Origin: an uncultured Clostridia bacterium
GTDB lineage: Bacteria > Bacillota > Clostridia > Christensenellales > UBA1242
Direction of reading: 5' to 3'
Assembly (NCBI GenBank): GCA_944383405.1
Contig: CALWPL010000006.1
Span: forward strand, 10,127-74,126
Length of the DNA: 64,000 nucleotides
The notes under the pieces were generated by a model. That model had not been told where the DNA came from, searched no databases, and saw only the letters and a program-made list of their open reading frames with translations. The stretch's first letter is position 1. Every line of letters starts with the position of its first letter. A program made the position numbers and the translations under genes. This document shows positions 1 through 7,783 of the stretch, piece after piece.

Positions 1-1
1 T

Positions 2-166
2 GTAGAGTCAAGTAATGATAGTATTTGGTATAAATATGCTTCAAGTGTTGAAGATGTTATAAAAATGGAGACTTTTGGAATATCTGGCAGGGGCGAAGAA
101 GTTATGGATTATTTTGGTTTTACTCCAGAAAAATTAGCAGAAAAAATTGAAAAATTAATAAAATAA
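2..166 (+). CDS. 3' end of a transketolase-family enzyme (TK C-terminal domain), partial
   Basis: Frame 2 is open from the window edge to TAA at 164-166. The tail ...METFGISGRGEEVMDYFGFTPEKLAEKIEKLIK resembles the FG.S...L...GFT C-terminus of transketolase/DXS-type enzymes. A weak hairpin follows. Confidence 0.45.
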   Translation, partial: VESSNDSIWYKYASSVEDVIKMETFGISGRGEEVMDYFGFTPEKLAEKIEKLIK

Positions 167-241
167 ATAAAAAGATGTGCAAGAAAACACTTGCATATCT
201 TTTTAACAAATGAGAAAGAACAAATGATAATAATTATAATA

Positions 242-397
242 TTAATTTTCTTTTACTTTATTTAGTATATTAGTTGTTTCAGTCTTAACCATTTCTGTAC
301 CTTTTTTAACCATTTCTTGTGCTGGTTTATAAAAAGTTGCAACGGTTGCACCTACAACTGTGCCGACAATTATACCAAATAGAATATCACTTTTCAT
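242..397 (-). CDS. small YtxH-like membrane protein (51 aa), not in the ORF track
   Basis: Minus-strand ATG at 397 is preceded by AGGGAGGG (RBS), and the stop is TAA at 242-244. Translation is MKSDILFGIIVGTVVGATVATFYKPAQEMVKKGTEMVKTETTNILNKVKEN, a Gly/Val-rich TM helix followed by a charged helix, as in YtxH-type proteins. Confidence 0.6.
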   Translation of the reverse strand: MKSDILFGIIVGTVVGATVATFYKPAQEMVKKGTEMVKTETTNILNKVKEN

Positions 398-482
398 GCT
401 AACCCTCCCTTTGCTAAATGTAGTATTTGTAGTTTTTGTTTTATTATCAATACAAATTTTGTAAATAGTGTAATAAATTTAT

Positions 483-511
483 TTGCATAATTTGATTTTT
501 TTTTGTAGAAT
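483..511 (+). promoter_or_regulatory. sigma-A-like promoter upstream of frr
   Basis: TTGCAT (483-488), 17-nt spacer, TAGAAT (506-511), about 30 nt before the frr RBS AAGGAAGG. Confidence 0.4.
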
Positions 512-543
512 GTACTTTGTAAATAAAATTTAAGGAAGGATAT

Positions 544-1110
544 ATGTTAGAAAATTATAATGAATTATTAAAAGAATTTAAAGACAAACTTGAAAAGAAA
601 GTAGACAAACTAACTTATGAGTATTCTACAATAAGAGCAGGAAGGGCAAACCCTAAGATGCTTGATAAAATACTTGTTAATTATTATGGGACTATGACTC
701 CATTAAATCAAATGGCAAATATTTCTGTTCCAGAGGCAAGAATGATTGTTATTTCTCCATGGGACATATCGACGGTTAAGGAAATAAATAAAAGTATTCT
801 TGCAAGTGATTTAGGTATTACGCCAAGTGATGACGGGAGAATAATAAGACTTGTATTCCCAGCACTTACCGAAGATAGAAGGAAAGAGATTGTTAAAGAA
901 GTTAAAAAGATTGCAGAAGAAATCAAGATTAGCGTTAGGAATGAAAGAAAAGATATTCTTGAACTTTTTAAGAATGCTGAAAAAGAAAAGAAGATGACAA
1001 AAGATGAACTAGAAAGTAGCAATGATGATGTTCAAGATTTAGTTGATAAATATAATGGCATAATTGATAAAATTTGTTTAGAAAAAGAAAAAGAAGTGAT
1101 GGAAGTATAG
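544..1110 (+). CDS. frr: ribosome recycling factor
   Basis: 188 aa with RRF hallmarks (YSTIRAGRANPKMLD, VPEARMIVISPWD). Lies in the conserved frr-uppS-cdsA order. Confidence 0.97.
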   Translation: MLENYNELLKEFKDKLEKKVDKLTYEYSTIRAGRANPKMLDKILVNYYGTMTPLNQMANISVPEARMIVISPWDISTVKEINKSILASDLGITPSDDGRIIRLVFPALTEDRRKEIVKEVKKIAEEIKISVRNERKDILELFKNAEKEKKMTKDELESSNDDVQDLVDKYNGIIDKICLEKEKEVMEV

Positions 1111-1120
1111 GAGATTTTAA

Positions 1121-1849
1121 ATGAGATTAAGAAAAAAAATAGAGAAGAAAGAAATTGATTTTTCAAGACTTCCAACACATATTGCCTTTATTATGGATGG
1201 TAATGGTCGCTGGGCAAAAAAAAGAGGAATGCCAAGGACATTTGGACATAAGATAGGTGCGGAATCTCTTGAAGTTGTCATAAGACACGCTAGAAAACTT
1301 GGTATTAAAGTGGTTTCATTTTTTGCGTTTTCAACTGAAAATTGGAACAGACCAAAAGATGAAGTTGATGAGATTTTTAGAATTGCTAGAAATTTGATAA
1401 TTTCTAAAAAAGAAAGTTTTTTAAAATCTAACATGAGACTTATGGTAATTGGAGAAAGAGAAAAATTACCAGAAGATTTGCAAAAAGAGATAATAGATTG
1501 TGAAGAAGTAACAAAAAATAATACTGGACTTATTATCAATATTGCTCTAAATTATGGGGGTAGGTCTGAAATTATTGGGGCTATTAACAAACTACTTGCT
1601 GACGGAGTAAAAAGTATTGATGAAAAAGGCTTTAAAAATTATTTACAAACAAGAGACATCCCAGACCCAGACCTTGTCATTAGAACAAGTGGAGAACAAA
1701 GACTTAGTAATTTCATGATGTACGAGTGTGCGTACTCTGAGTTATATTTTCCAAAAACGCATTGGCCAGATTTTAGGGAAAAAGAACTTGAAGATGCCAT
1801 TATAGAATTTCAAAGTAGAGACAGGCGCTTTGGGGCAATAAAGGGTTAA
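1121..1849 (+). CDS. uppS: undecaprenyl diphosphate synthase (cis-prenyltransferase)
   Basis: HIAFIMDGNGRWAKKRG and RTSGEQRLSNF motifs; synteny. Confidence 0.96.
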   Translation: MRLRKKIEKKEIDFSRLPTHIAFIMDGNGRWAKKRGMPRTFGHKIGAESLEVVIRHARKLGIKVVSFFAFSTENWNRPKDEVDEIFRIARNLIISKKESFLKSNMRLMVIGEREKLPEDLQKEIIDCEEVTKNNTGLIINIALNYGGRSEIIGAINKLLADGVKSIDEKGFKNYLQTRDIPDPDLVIRTSGEQRLSNFMMYECAYSELYFPKTHWPDFREKELEDAIIEFQSRDRRFGAIKG

Positions 1850-1865
1850 AAAAGAAGGGTTTAAT

Positions 1866-2807
1866 ATGAAGGATAAAGTAAAAATTGGCTTACTACTTAC
1901 ATTATTTTTAATTGTATGTTTGGTTATACAATATTTTTCTGCACATGTTTTTGATTTTATAATTTTGTTTTTCAGTTTAATAGCAACTATGGAATTTAGA
2001 AAATTGCAGTTAAAATCTGGAAACCCTGCGTTTAAATTTGTGCCTGAAATTTCTTGTTTTTTGATTTTTGTTGCAACATTTGTAGGGGTACTTTGTGATT
2101 TGTCTGCTGTTATTATTTTAATTATGGTGTTTGGAATCGAAGTCGTCTTATATTTATCAATTCTTGTTGGGTCAATTTTATTCACTAAAAATGATTTAGA
2201 AAACGATGAATTTCGTGTTGCTACAAATTTGTCTGTAAATGAATTTGCAGTATTTAAATCAAACAATACTCTTGCTGTTATGGTTTATCCAGCCCTATTA
2301 ATATTTTTTGTTTATCTTATAAATCATATTCAGGGTATTGGGCTTGAGGCATTGACAGATAATACTCAAGGCGTACCTATGGGGCTTTTTGGAATTGTGT
2401 TACTATTTATGATTTGCTGTTTAACAGACACTTTTGCAATGCTTTTTGGGAAATGGATAAAAGGTAAAAAATTATGCCCAAGCATTAGTCCAAATAAGAC
2501 AATTTCTGGGGCTTGTTTTGGACTTGTTGGAGGCATTGTAGGGGCGTTGTTAACATACTTAATTTTTTATTTAATATTCCCAAGTGCATTTTCAATAGTT
2601 TATTTTTGGCAATTTATAATTGTAGGACTTATAGGGAGTTTAATTGCACAATCCGGAGATATATTTGAGTCTTTCTTAAAAAGAAGGGCCTTTGTAAAAG
2701 ATGCTGGTGAATTTTTTAGAAGTCATGGCGGAGTACTAGATAGGTTAGACTCAGTTGTGTTTAATGCTCCTTTTATTTTTGTTTGCTTGTTATTTATGTT
2801 TGGTTAA
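1866..2807 (+). CDS. cdsA: phosphatidate cytidylyltransferase
   Basis: Polytopic membrane protein with the C-terminal CDS signature SGDIFESFLKRRAFVKDAGEFFRSHGGVLDRLDS. Confidence 0.9.
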   Translation: MKDKVKIGLLLTLFLIVCLVIQYFSAHVFDFIILFFSLIATMEFRKLQLKSGNPAFKFVPEISCFLIFVATFVGVLCDLSAVIILIMVFGIEVVLYLSILVGSILFTKNDLENDEFRVATNLSVNEFAVFKSNNTLAVMVYPALLIFFVYLINHIQGIGLEALTDNTQGVPMGLFGIVLLFMICCLTDTFAMLFGKWIKGKKLCPSISPNKTISGACFGLVGGIVGALLTYLIFYLIFPSAFSIVYFWQFIIVGLIGSLIAQSGDIFESFLKRRAFVKDAGEFFRSHGGVLDRLDSVVFNAPFIFVCLLFMFG

Positions 2808-2879
2808 AATAAATAAAATGAGTTATAATTTTATGTAAAGTAGACTATTCATAAGTATAAGAGTAAGGGGTGCTAGAAA

Positions 2880-4151
2880 TTGAGTTTTTTTGATTGGGTT
2901 TTATATGTCTTTATAGCAATTTGTGCACTAATGTTTATGATTTTAGTGCATGAATTTGGGCATTATACTGCAGGTAAATTATTAAAATTTAAAATAAATG
3001 AGTTTTCAGTAGGCTTTGGTAAGGCTATTTTTCAAAAGAAAAAGAAAAACGGAGAGGTTTTTTCTTTAAGAATATTTCCACTTGGAGGATATTGTTCTTT
3101 TGAAGGAGAAGATGAGGACAAGCCTGATAATCCAGGTGCTTTCAATTCTCAGCCTGCATGGAAAAGATTAATAGTGCTTTTTATGGGAGCATTTTTTAAT
3201 TTTTTATCTGCTCTTATATTTTCTGCAATACTTCTTATGGCTTTTGGTTATGCGGATAGAGTTCAAATAAATTCAGTTGAACATTTACCAACAAATATTG
3301 TTAGTGAAGAAGATTGGCTTAAGGAAGGAGATGTTGTACTTGCTGTTAATGGGACATATACAAACTTAGTTCACGATGAGTATTTTACAACACTTGTTGC
3401 AGACTACGATGCTGGTGAAACTTTTACTGTAAGAGTCAAGAGAAACGGAGAAGAAATTGATTTAACAATATATAAAGATTATTGGGCAGAAATCGCACAT
3501 ACATTAGATAATACTTATGGAAAACTATACTCCATTGATGGAGCGGAATACAACTACGCAATCACATATAATGATACTACTCAAACATATCAAGTGGTAA
3601 AGATTGTTGATGGAAAAATAGAAAGTGAATATGCACTAGATGCAAATAATCAAGTTACAATAAATAATAGAACATTCTCAGTTGTAGTAGATGGAGATGG
3701 GGAGAATACACAGGTTTCACTACAAGGAGCAATTATTGGAGTAACAACAAGCAATTATAAGTATGGTTTTTTTGAAGCGCTTGGGCAGACTTTTGTTTTT
3801 TGTGGGCAATGGGTATGGAAAATTCTTATAATTTTATGGCAACTTATTTCTTTCCAATTGGATTTGTCTGCACTAGGCGGAACTGTAACAACAATAGTTA
3901 CAATGGCAGAAGCAACAAAAGCGAATATGGCAAACCTACTCTTACTTGTTCCATTAATTTCTATAAATTTAGCGGTGTTTAATTTATTACCGTTCCCAGC
4001 GCTAGATGGTGCGAGAATGGTGTTTGTTGGCATAGAAGGAATAAGGGGAAAACCAATCAATAGAAAAGTTGAAGGGATGATTCACTTTGTTGGATTGATA
4101 ATACTGCTTGCTTTTGTGTTACTTGTTGACATTTTGCATTTTGTAACTTAA
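2880..4151 (+). CDS. rseP: RIP site-2 zinc metalloprotease RseP/RasP
   Basis: TTG start after AAGGGGTG. HEFGH zinc motif in TM1, a central PDZ-like segment, and C-terminal NLLPFPALDG. Confidence 0.9.
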   Translation: MSFFDWVLYVFIAICALMFMILVHEFGHYTAGKLLKFKINEFSVGFGKAIFQKKKKNGEVFSLRIFPLGGYCSFEGEDEDKPDNPGAFNSQPAWKRLIVLFMGAFFNFLSALIFSAILLMAFGYADRVQINSVEHLPTNIVSEEDWLKEGDVVLAVNGTYTNLVHDEYFTTLVADYDAGETFTVRVKRNGEEIDLTIYKDYWAEIAHTLDNTYGKLYSIDGAEYNYAITYNDTTQTYQVVKIVDGKIESEYALDANNQVTINNRTFSVVVDGDGENTQVSLQGAIIGVTTSNYKYGFFEALGQTFVFCGQWVWKILIILWQLISFQLDLSALGGTVTTIVTMAEATKANMANLLLLVPLISINLAVFNLLPFPALDGARMVFVGIEGIRGKPINRKVEGMIHFVGLIILLAFVLLVDILHFVT

Positions 4152-4161
4152 AATGTAAAAT

Positions 4162-5742
4162 ATGAGTAAAATACAAGATTTTTTAGAGTATATTAATAAA
4201 AAAACCTGTAATAAGTTTAGTTTTCTTAGACTAAAACAGGTTTTTTTTGATAGGAGCATTAATACTTGTATAGTTTCATTTATTTATCCAAAAGAAAAAG
4301 ATTTGAATGAAACTGAAAAAGAAGAGATTACAAGGGTTGTTAAAGAGTATATAAAAATAGATGGTGCTATTGATGTAAGAATAAACAAAAGTTACATAGA
4401 AGAAGAACTAATTATGCATCAATTAAAGAATTTTTTTGAAAAAAATAATCCACTATTATTTAGTAGTTTAACAAAGGAAGATTTTGAAGTTGTTTGTGAT
4501 GAAGTTGTTAAAGTAAAGATATTTCTTGAAAAATCTTTATATGAATATTTTTTAAAATCAAATATTGAAAAAGGTTTAATTGATTTTTTGCAAAAAAACT
4601 TTTATTCTCAGTTTGAAATAATTGCTGTTCAAAAGGAAAATATAGGTGCAAGTACAAGTTTATTAAATGAGAGATTAAAAAATATTGAAAGGCTAAGTGA
4701 AGTAAATAGTTTAATTAAGAATAGTCAAGATAAGTATATCGTACAAGATAAAAAAGTTATAGTTGGAGAGGAAATAACCTTTAACCCTAGATTTATAAAT
4801 TCAATAAATAAAGAATTTGAAAGTTGTGTTGTTGCTGGTAAAATTAATTTTTTAACAGAAAGAACTTATAAATCAAAGCGTACGATAAAGAATAAAGAAG
4901 GACAAGAAGAAAGAATCGAAAAACCATATTTTAGTTTTCAAGTTAAGGACGATACTTCATCAATTTATGCTGTAATTTTTCCTAGTAAAGCAAATTATCA
5001 CAAAATGCATTTACTAAAAAACGGAGATTTTGTAGCAGTGCAGGGAAAAATTCAAAAGTATAATGACAACTATGAAATAATGGTTAAAAATATATCTCTT
5101 TGTAAAGTGCCAAGTAAGCAAGAAATTGAAAAAATTACTGACCAAAATTTAATTGTTGAATATAAATATATTAGACCTCAAAAATATTCATCACTTAGAC
5201 AAACAAATTTATTCGATGAAAGTAAATCTATGTCTTTTGAAGCAAAAACAGGCTCTTTTGTAGTTTATGATTTTGAGACGACAGGTATTAATTTATCAAA
5301 TGATGAAATTATAGAAATAGGTGCACTAAAAATTGTAAATGGAGAATTTAGTGAGGTTTTTACAACGCTTGTTAAGCCAAAAAGACCAATTCCACTTGAG
5401 GCAACAAAAGTAAATAGGATAACAAATGAAATGGTCGCAAATTGCTATTCAATAGAACAGGTAATTAGAGATTTTTATTTGTTTTGCAAAGGTAGCCAAA
5501 TGGTAGGGTACAATAGTATTGCTTTTGATAGCGTTTTTCTTGATAGAGCGGGTAAACTTGTTGGAATAAATTTTGATAACAACCAAATTGATGCTTTTAT
5601 GCTTGCAAAACAAAAATTGAAAGGACTAAAAAATTATAAACTAGGAACTGTTGCTAAATACTTAGAGGTTAGTTTAATAGATGCTCATAGGGCTTTAAAT
5701 GATGTTATTGCAACGGCGGAAGTCTTTTTAAAACTTTATTGA
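4162..5742 (+). CDS. PolC-like N-terminal/OB-fold domains fused to a DnaQ-type DEDDh 3'-5' exonuclease, with no PHP or polymerase domains
   Basis: Exo I VYDFETTG, Exo II GYNSIAFD, Exo III HRALNDVIATAEVF. An OB-like block precedes them (SSIYAVIFPSKANYHKMHLLKNGDFVAVQGKIQKYNDNYEIMVKNISL). It occupies the polC slot between rseP and rimP. Confidence 0.7.
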   Translation: MSKIQDFLEYINKKTCNKFSFLRLKQVFFDRSINTCIVSFIYPKEKDLNETEKEEITRVVKEYIKIDGAIDVRINKSYIEEELIMHQLKNFFEKNNPLLFSSLTKEDFEVVCDEVVKVKIFLEKSLYEYFLKSNIEKGLIDFLQKNFYSQFEIIAVQKENIGASTSLLNERLKNIERLSEVNSLIKNSQDKYIVQDKKVIVGEEITFNPRFINSINKEFESCVVAGKINFLTERTYKSKRTIKNKEGQEERIEKPYFSFQVKDDTSSIYAVIFPSKANYHKMHLLKNGDFVAVQGKIQKYNDNYEIMVKNISLCKVPSKQEIEKITDQNLIVEYKYIRPQKYSSLRQTNLFDESKSMSFEAKTGSFVVYDFETTGINLSNDEIIEIGALKIVNGEFSEVFTTLVKPKRPIPLEATKVNRITNEMVANCYSIEQVIRDFYLFCKGSQMVGYNSIAFDSVFLDRAGKLVGINFDNNQIDAFMLAKQKLKGLKNYKLGTVAKYLEVSLIDAHRALNDVIATAEVFLKLY

Positions 5743-5760
5743 AAAAAACAAATATTAGAC

Positions 5761-5789
5761 TTGATATTTTATTTTTGTTGTGTTACAAT
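5761..5789 (+). promoter_or_regulatory. sigma-A promoter of the rimP-nusA-infB operon
   Basis: TTGATA (5761-5766), 17-nt spacer, TACAAT (5784-5789) with an extended -10 TG at 5781-5782. Confidence 0.5.
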
Positions 5790-5814
5790 AAAATATGCTT
5801 GTAAGGTTATTACT

Positions 5815-5842
5815 TTAAGAGTGGGTTTTTCTCCACTCTTAA
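5815..5842 (+). promoter_or_regulatory. leader hairpin (possible attenuator) in the rimP-nusA 5' UTR
   Basis: TTAAGAGTGG (5815-5824) pairs perfectly with CCACTCTTAA (5833-5842). An interrupted T-tract TTGTTGT follows. Confidence 0.4.
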
Positions 5843-5870
5843 TTGTTGTAAATGGGGTAAAAGGGGTAAG

Positions 5871-6335
5871 ATGAAGAATATTGCAAAAATAGTTGAGGAG
5901 AAACTATCTGGTATAATAGATGAAATGGGGTACAATTTATATGAAGTTGAGTTTGTTAAAAAACAAAATGGTATGAATTTAACCCTATTTATTCAAAATA
6001 AAAACGGACAAGTAACTCTTCAAGATTGTGAAAAAGTACATCGGGCAGTAGACCCAATCCTTGATGAAATTAATCCGACAGATGATGAACCATATTATCT
6101 GAATGTTTCATCAATTGGGCTTGATAAACCTCTTACTTCAAGTAAAGACTTCGAAAGATGTCTTAACGAAATGATTGAAATTAAGTTTTTTGTGCCACAG
6201 GAGAACAATAAAAAAATACTAATAGCAAGACTTAAATCGTATGATAGTAATAACCTTTATGTAGAGGAAAACGGAAATGAAAAAACAATTCCTCTTAAAG
6301 ATATAGCAGTTTGTAAATTGCATATAGAATTTTAA
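5871..6335 (+). CDS. rimP: ribosome maturation factor RimP
   Basis: 154 aa located immediately upstream of nusA, with a RimP-like N-terminus (IIDEMGYNLYEVEF). Confidence 0.93.
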   Translation: MKNIAKIVEEKLSGIIDEMGYNLYEVEFVKKQNGMNLTLFIQNKNGQVTLQDCEKVHRAVDPILDEINPTDDEPYYLNVSSIGLDKPLTSSKDFERCLNEMIEIKFFVPQENNKKILIARLKSYDSNNLYVEENGNEKTIPLKDIAVCKLHIEF

Positions 6336-6349
6336 TAAGGAGAAAATTT

Positions 6350-7495
6350 ATGATTAACAAGGATTTTTTTGCAGCACTTGATGACCTTGAAAAAGAAAAG
6401 AAAATAAAGAAAGAGTTTTTTATTTCTGCGCTTGAATCGGCTCTTACATCGGCTTATAAAAAGAATTTTGGGGAAGCAAAGTCTGCTAGCGTTAGGTTAA
6501 ACCCAGAAAAAAATACAATAAAAGTTTATAGTTATAAGACTGTTGTTGAGGAGGTCAAAGAACCAGATAAAGAAATTAGTTTAGAAGAAGCAAAAAAGAT
6601 AAAAAAGTCTTATGAAATAGGAGATGTTATTTCAGAAGAAGTAACTCCAAAGGAGTTTGGAAGAATTGCAGCACAAATAGCAAGACAAGTTGTTATGCAA
6701 AAACTAAGAGAAGCAGAATTCCAAGTTGCAATGGATGAAATTTCAGATAGACAAAATGAGATTGTAACTACTCAGGTAAAAAGAGTTGATAATGGTATTG
6801 TCTATGTTGAGATACCAGGCAATCAAATGGAGGGCGTCTTAACTAAAAATGACCAAATTCCAGGCGAAAATTATGTTACAGGAGATAGGGTAAAGGTTTT
6901 TGTAAAAAACATAAAGGAAGGTAATAAAAATCCATTTATACAAGTTACAAGAACAAGCACTATATTTTTAAAGAAATTATTTGAACTTGAAATTCCAGAA
7001 ATTAGAAACGGAGATGTTATAATTAAAGCCATTGCTCGTGAGCCTGGGTATAGGTCAAAGGTTGCAATTCAGCCAGCAAACCAAAATATTGATGCTGTTG
7101 GGGCTTGTATAGGTAATAAAGGAATTAGAATTAACGAAATAATAAAAGAGTTAAATGGCGAAAAAATTGATGTAGTAGAGTATAGTGATAATGCTTTTGA
7201 ATATATTGCAAGGGCTTTAAGTCCAGTAAAAGTAACTACGATTTATGCTGTAGAAGGTTCAAATCATGCAAGGGCGGTTGTCCCAGATGACAAACTATCA
7301 CTTGCAATTGGTAAAAATGGACAAAATGTCAGACTTGCTGCAAAGTTGACAGGCTGGAGAATTGATGTTAAGTCGGAGTCAGAGGCAAAACAACTTGATG
7401 GGGGATTAATGCTTGATTCTCAATTTGATGAAGATATGAATTTGCAAAATTTTGACGAAAATGAAGACCCAGATTATTTAAAGCCTATTGAATAA
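6350..7495 (+). CDS. nusA: transcription termination/antitermination factor NusA
   Basis: N-terminal domain, S1 and two KH regions ([34 protein letters not shown]). Confidence 0.97.
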   Translation: MINKDFFAALDDLEKEKKIKKEFFISALESALTSAYKKNFGEAKSASVRLNPEKNTIKVYSYKTVVEEVKEPDKEISLEEAKKIKKSYEIGDVISEEVTPKEFGRIAAQIARQVVMQKLREAEFQVAMDEISDRQNEIVTTQVKRVDNGIVYVEIPGNQMEGVLTKNDQIPGENYVTGDRVKVFVKNIKEGNKNPFIQVTRTSTIFLKKLFELEIPEIRNGDVIIKAIAREPGYRSKVAIQPANQNIDAVGACIGNKGIRINEIIKELNGEKIDVVEYSDNAFEYIARALSPVKVTTIYAVEGSNHARAVVPDDKLSLAIGKNGQNVRLAAKLTGWRIDVKSESEAKQLDGGLMLDSQFDEDMNLQNFDENEDPDYLKPIE

Positions 7496-7514
7496 AATAT
7501 TAAGAGGTGGTATA

Positions 7515-7778
7515 ATGCCAAAGAAAGTAAGTCTTAGAATGTGTGTTGCTTGCCGACAGATGAAAGAAAAAAAAGATTTAATACGCATTATAAAAGATGT
7601 AACTGGAAGCATAGTTGTTGATGAAAAGGTAAAACAAAGTGGTCGTGGAGCATATTTATGTAAGAGTCAAGATTGTTTACAAAAGTGCATAAAAACTAAG
7701 GCTCTAAATAGAGCATTGTCTTGTGATATTCCACAGAGTGTTTTTGAAAATCTTAAAGAGAAAATTATAGAGGAGTAG
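7515..7778 (+). CDS. ylxR: YlxR-family RNA-binding protein (DUF448)
   Basis: RMCVACRQMKEKKDLIRI and GRGAYLC motifs. ATG at 7515 follows AAGAGGTGG; the ORF-track start at 7488 overlaps the nusA end and lacks an RBS. Confidence 0.85.
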   Translation: MPKKVSLRMCVACRQMKEKKDLIRIIKDVTGSIVVDEKVKQSGRGAYLCKSQDCLQKCIKTKALNRALSCDIPQSVFENLKEKIIEE

Positions 7779-7783
7779 GTCTT

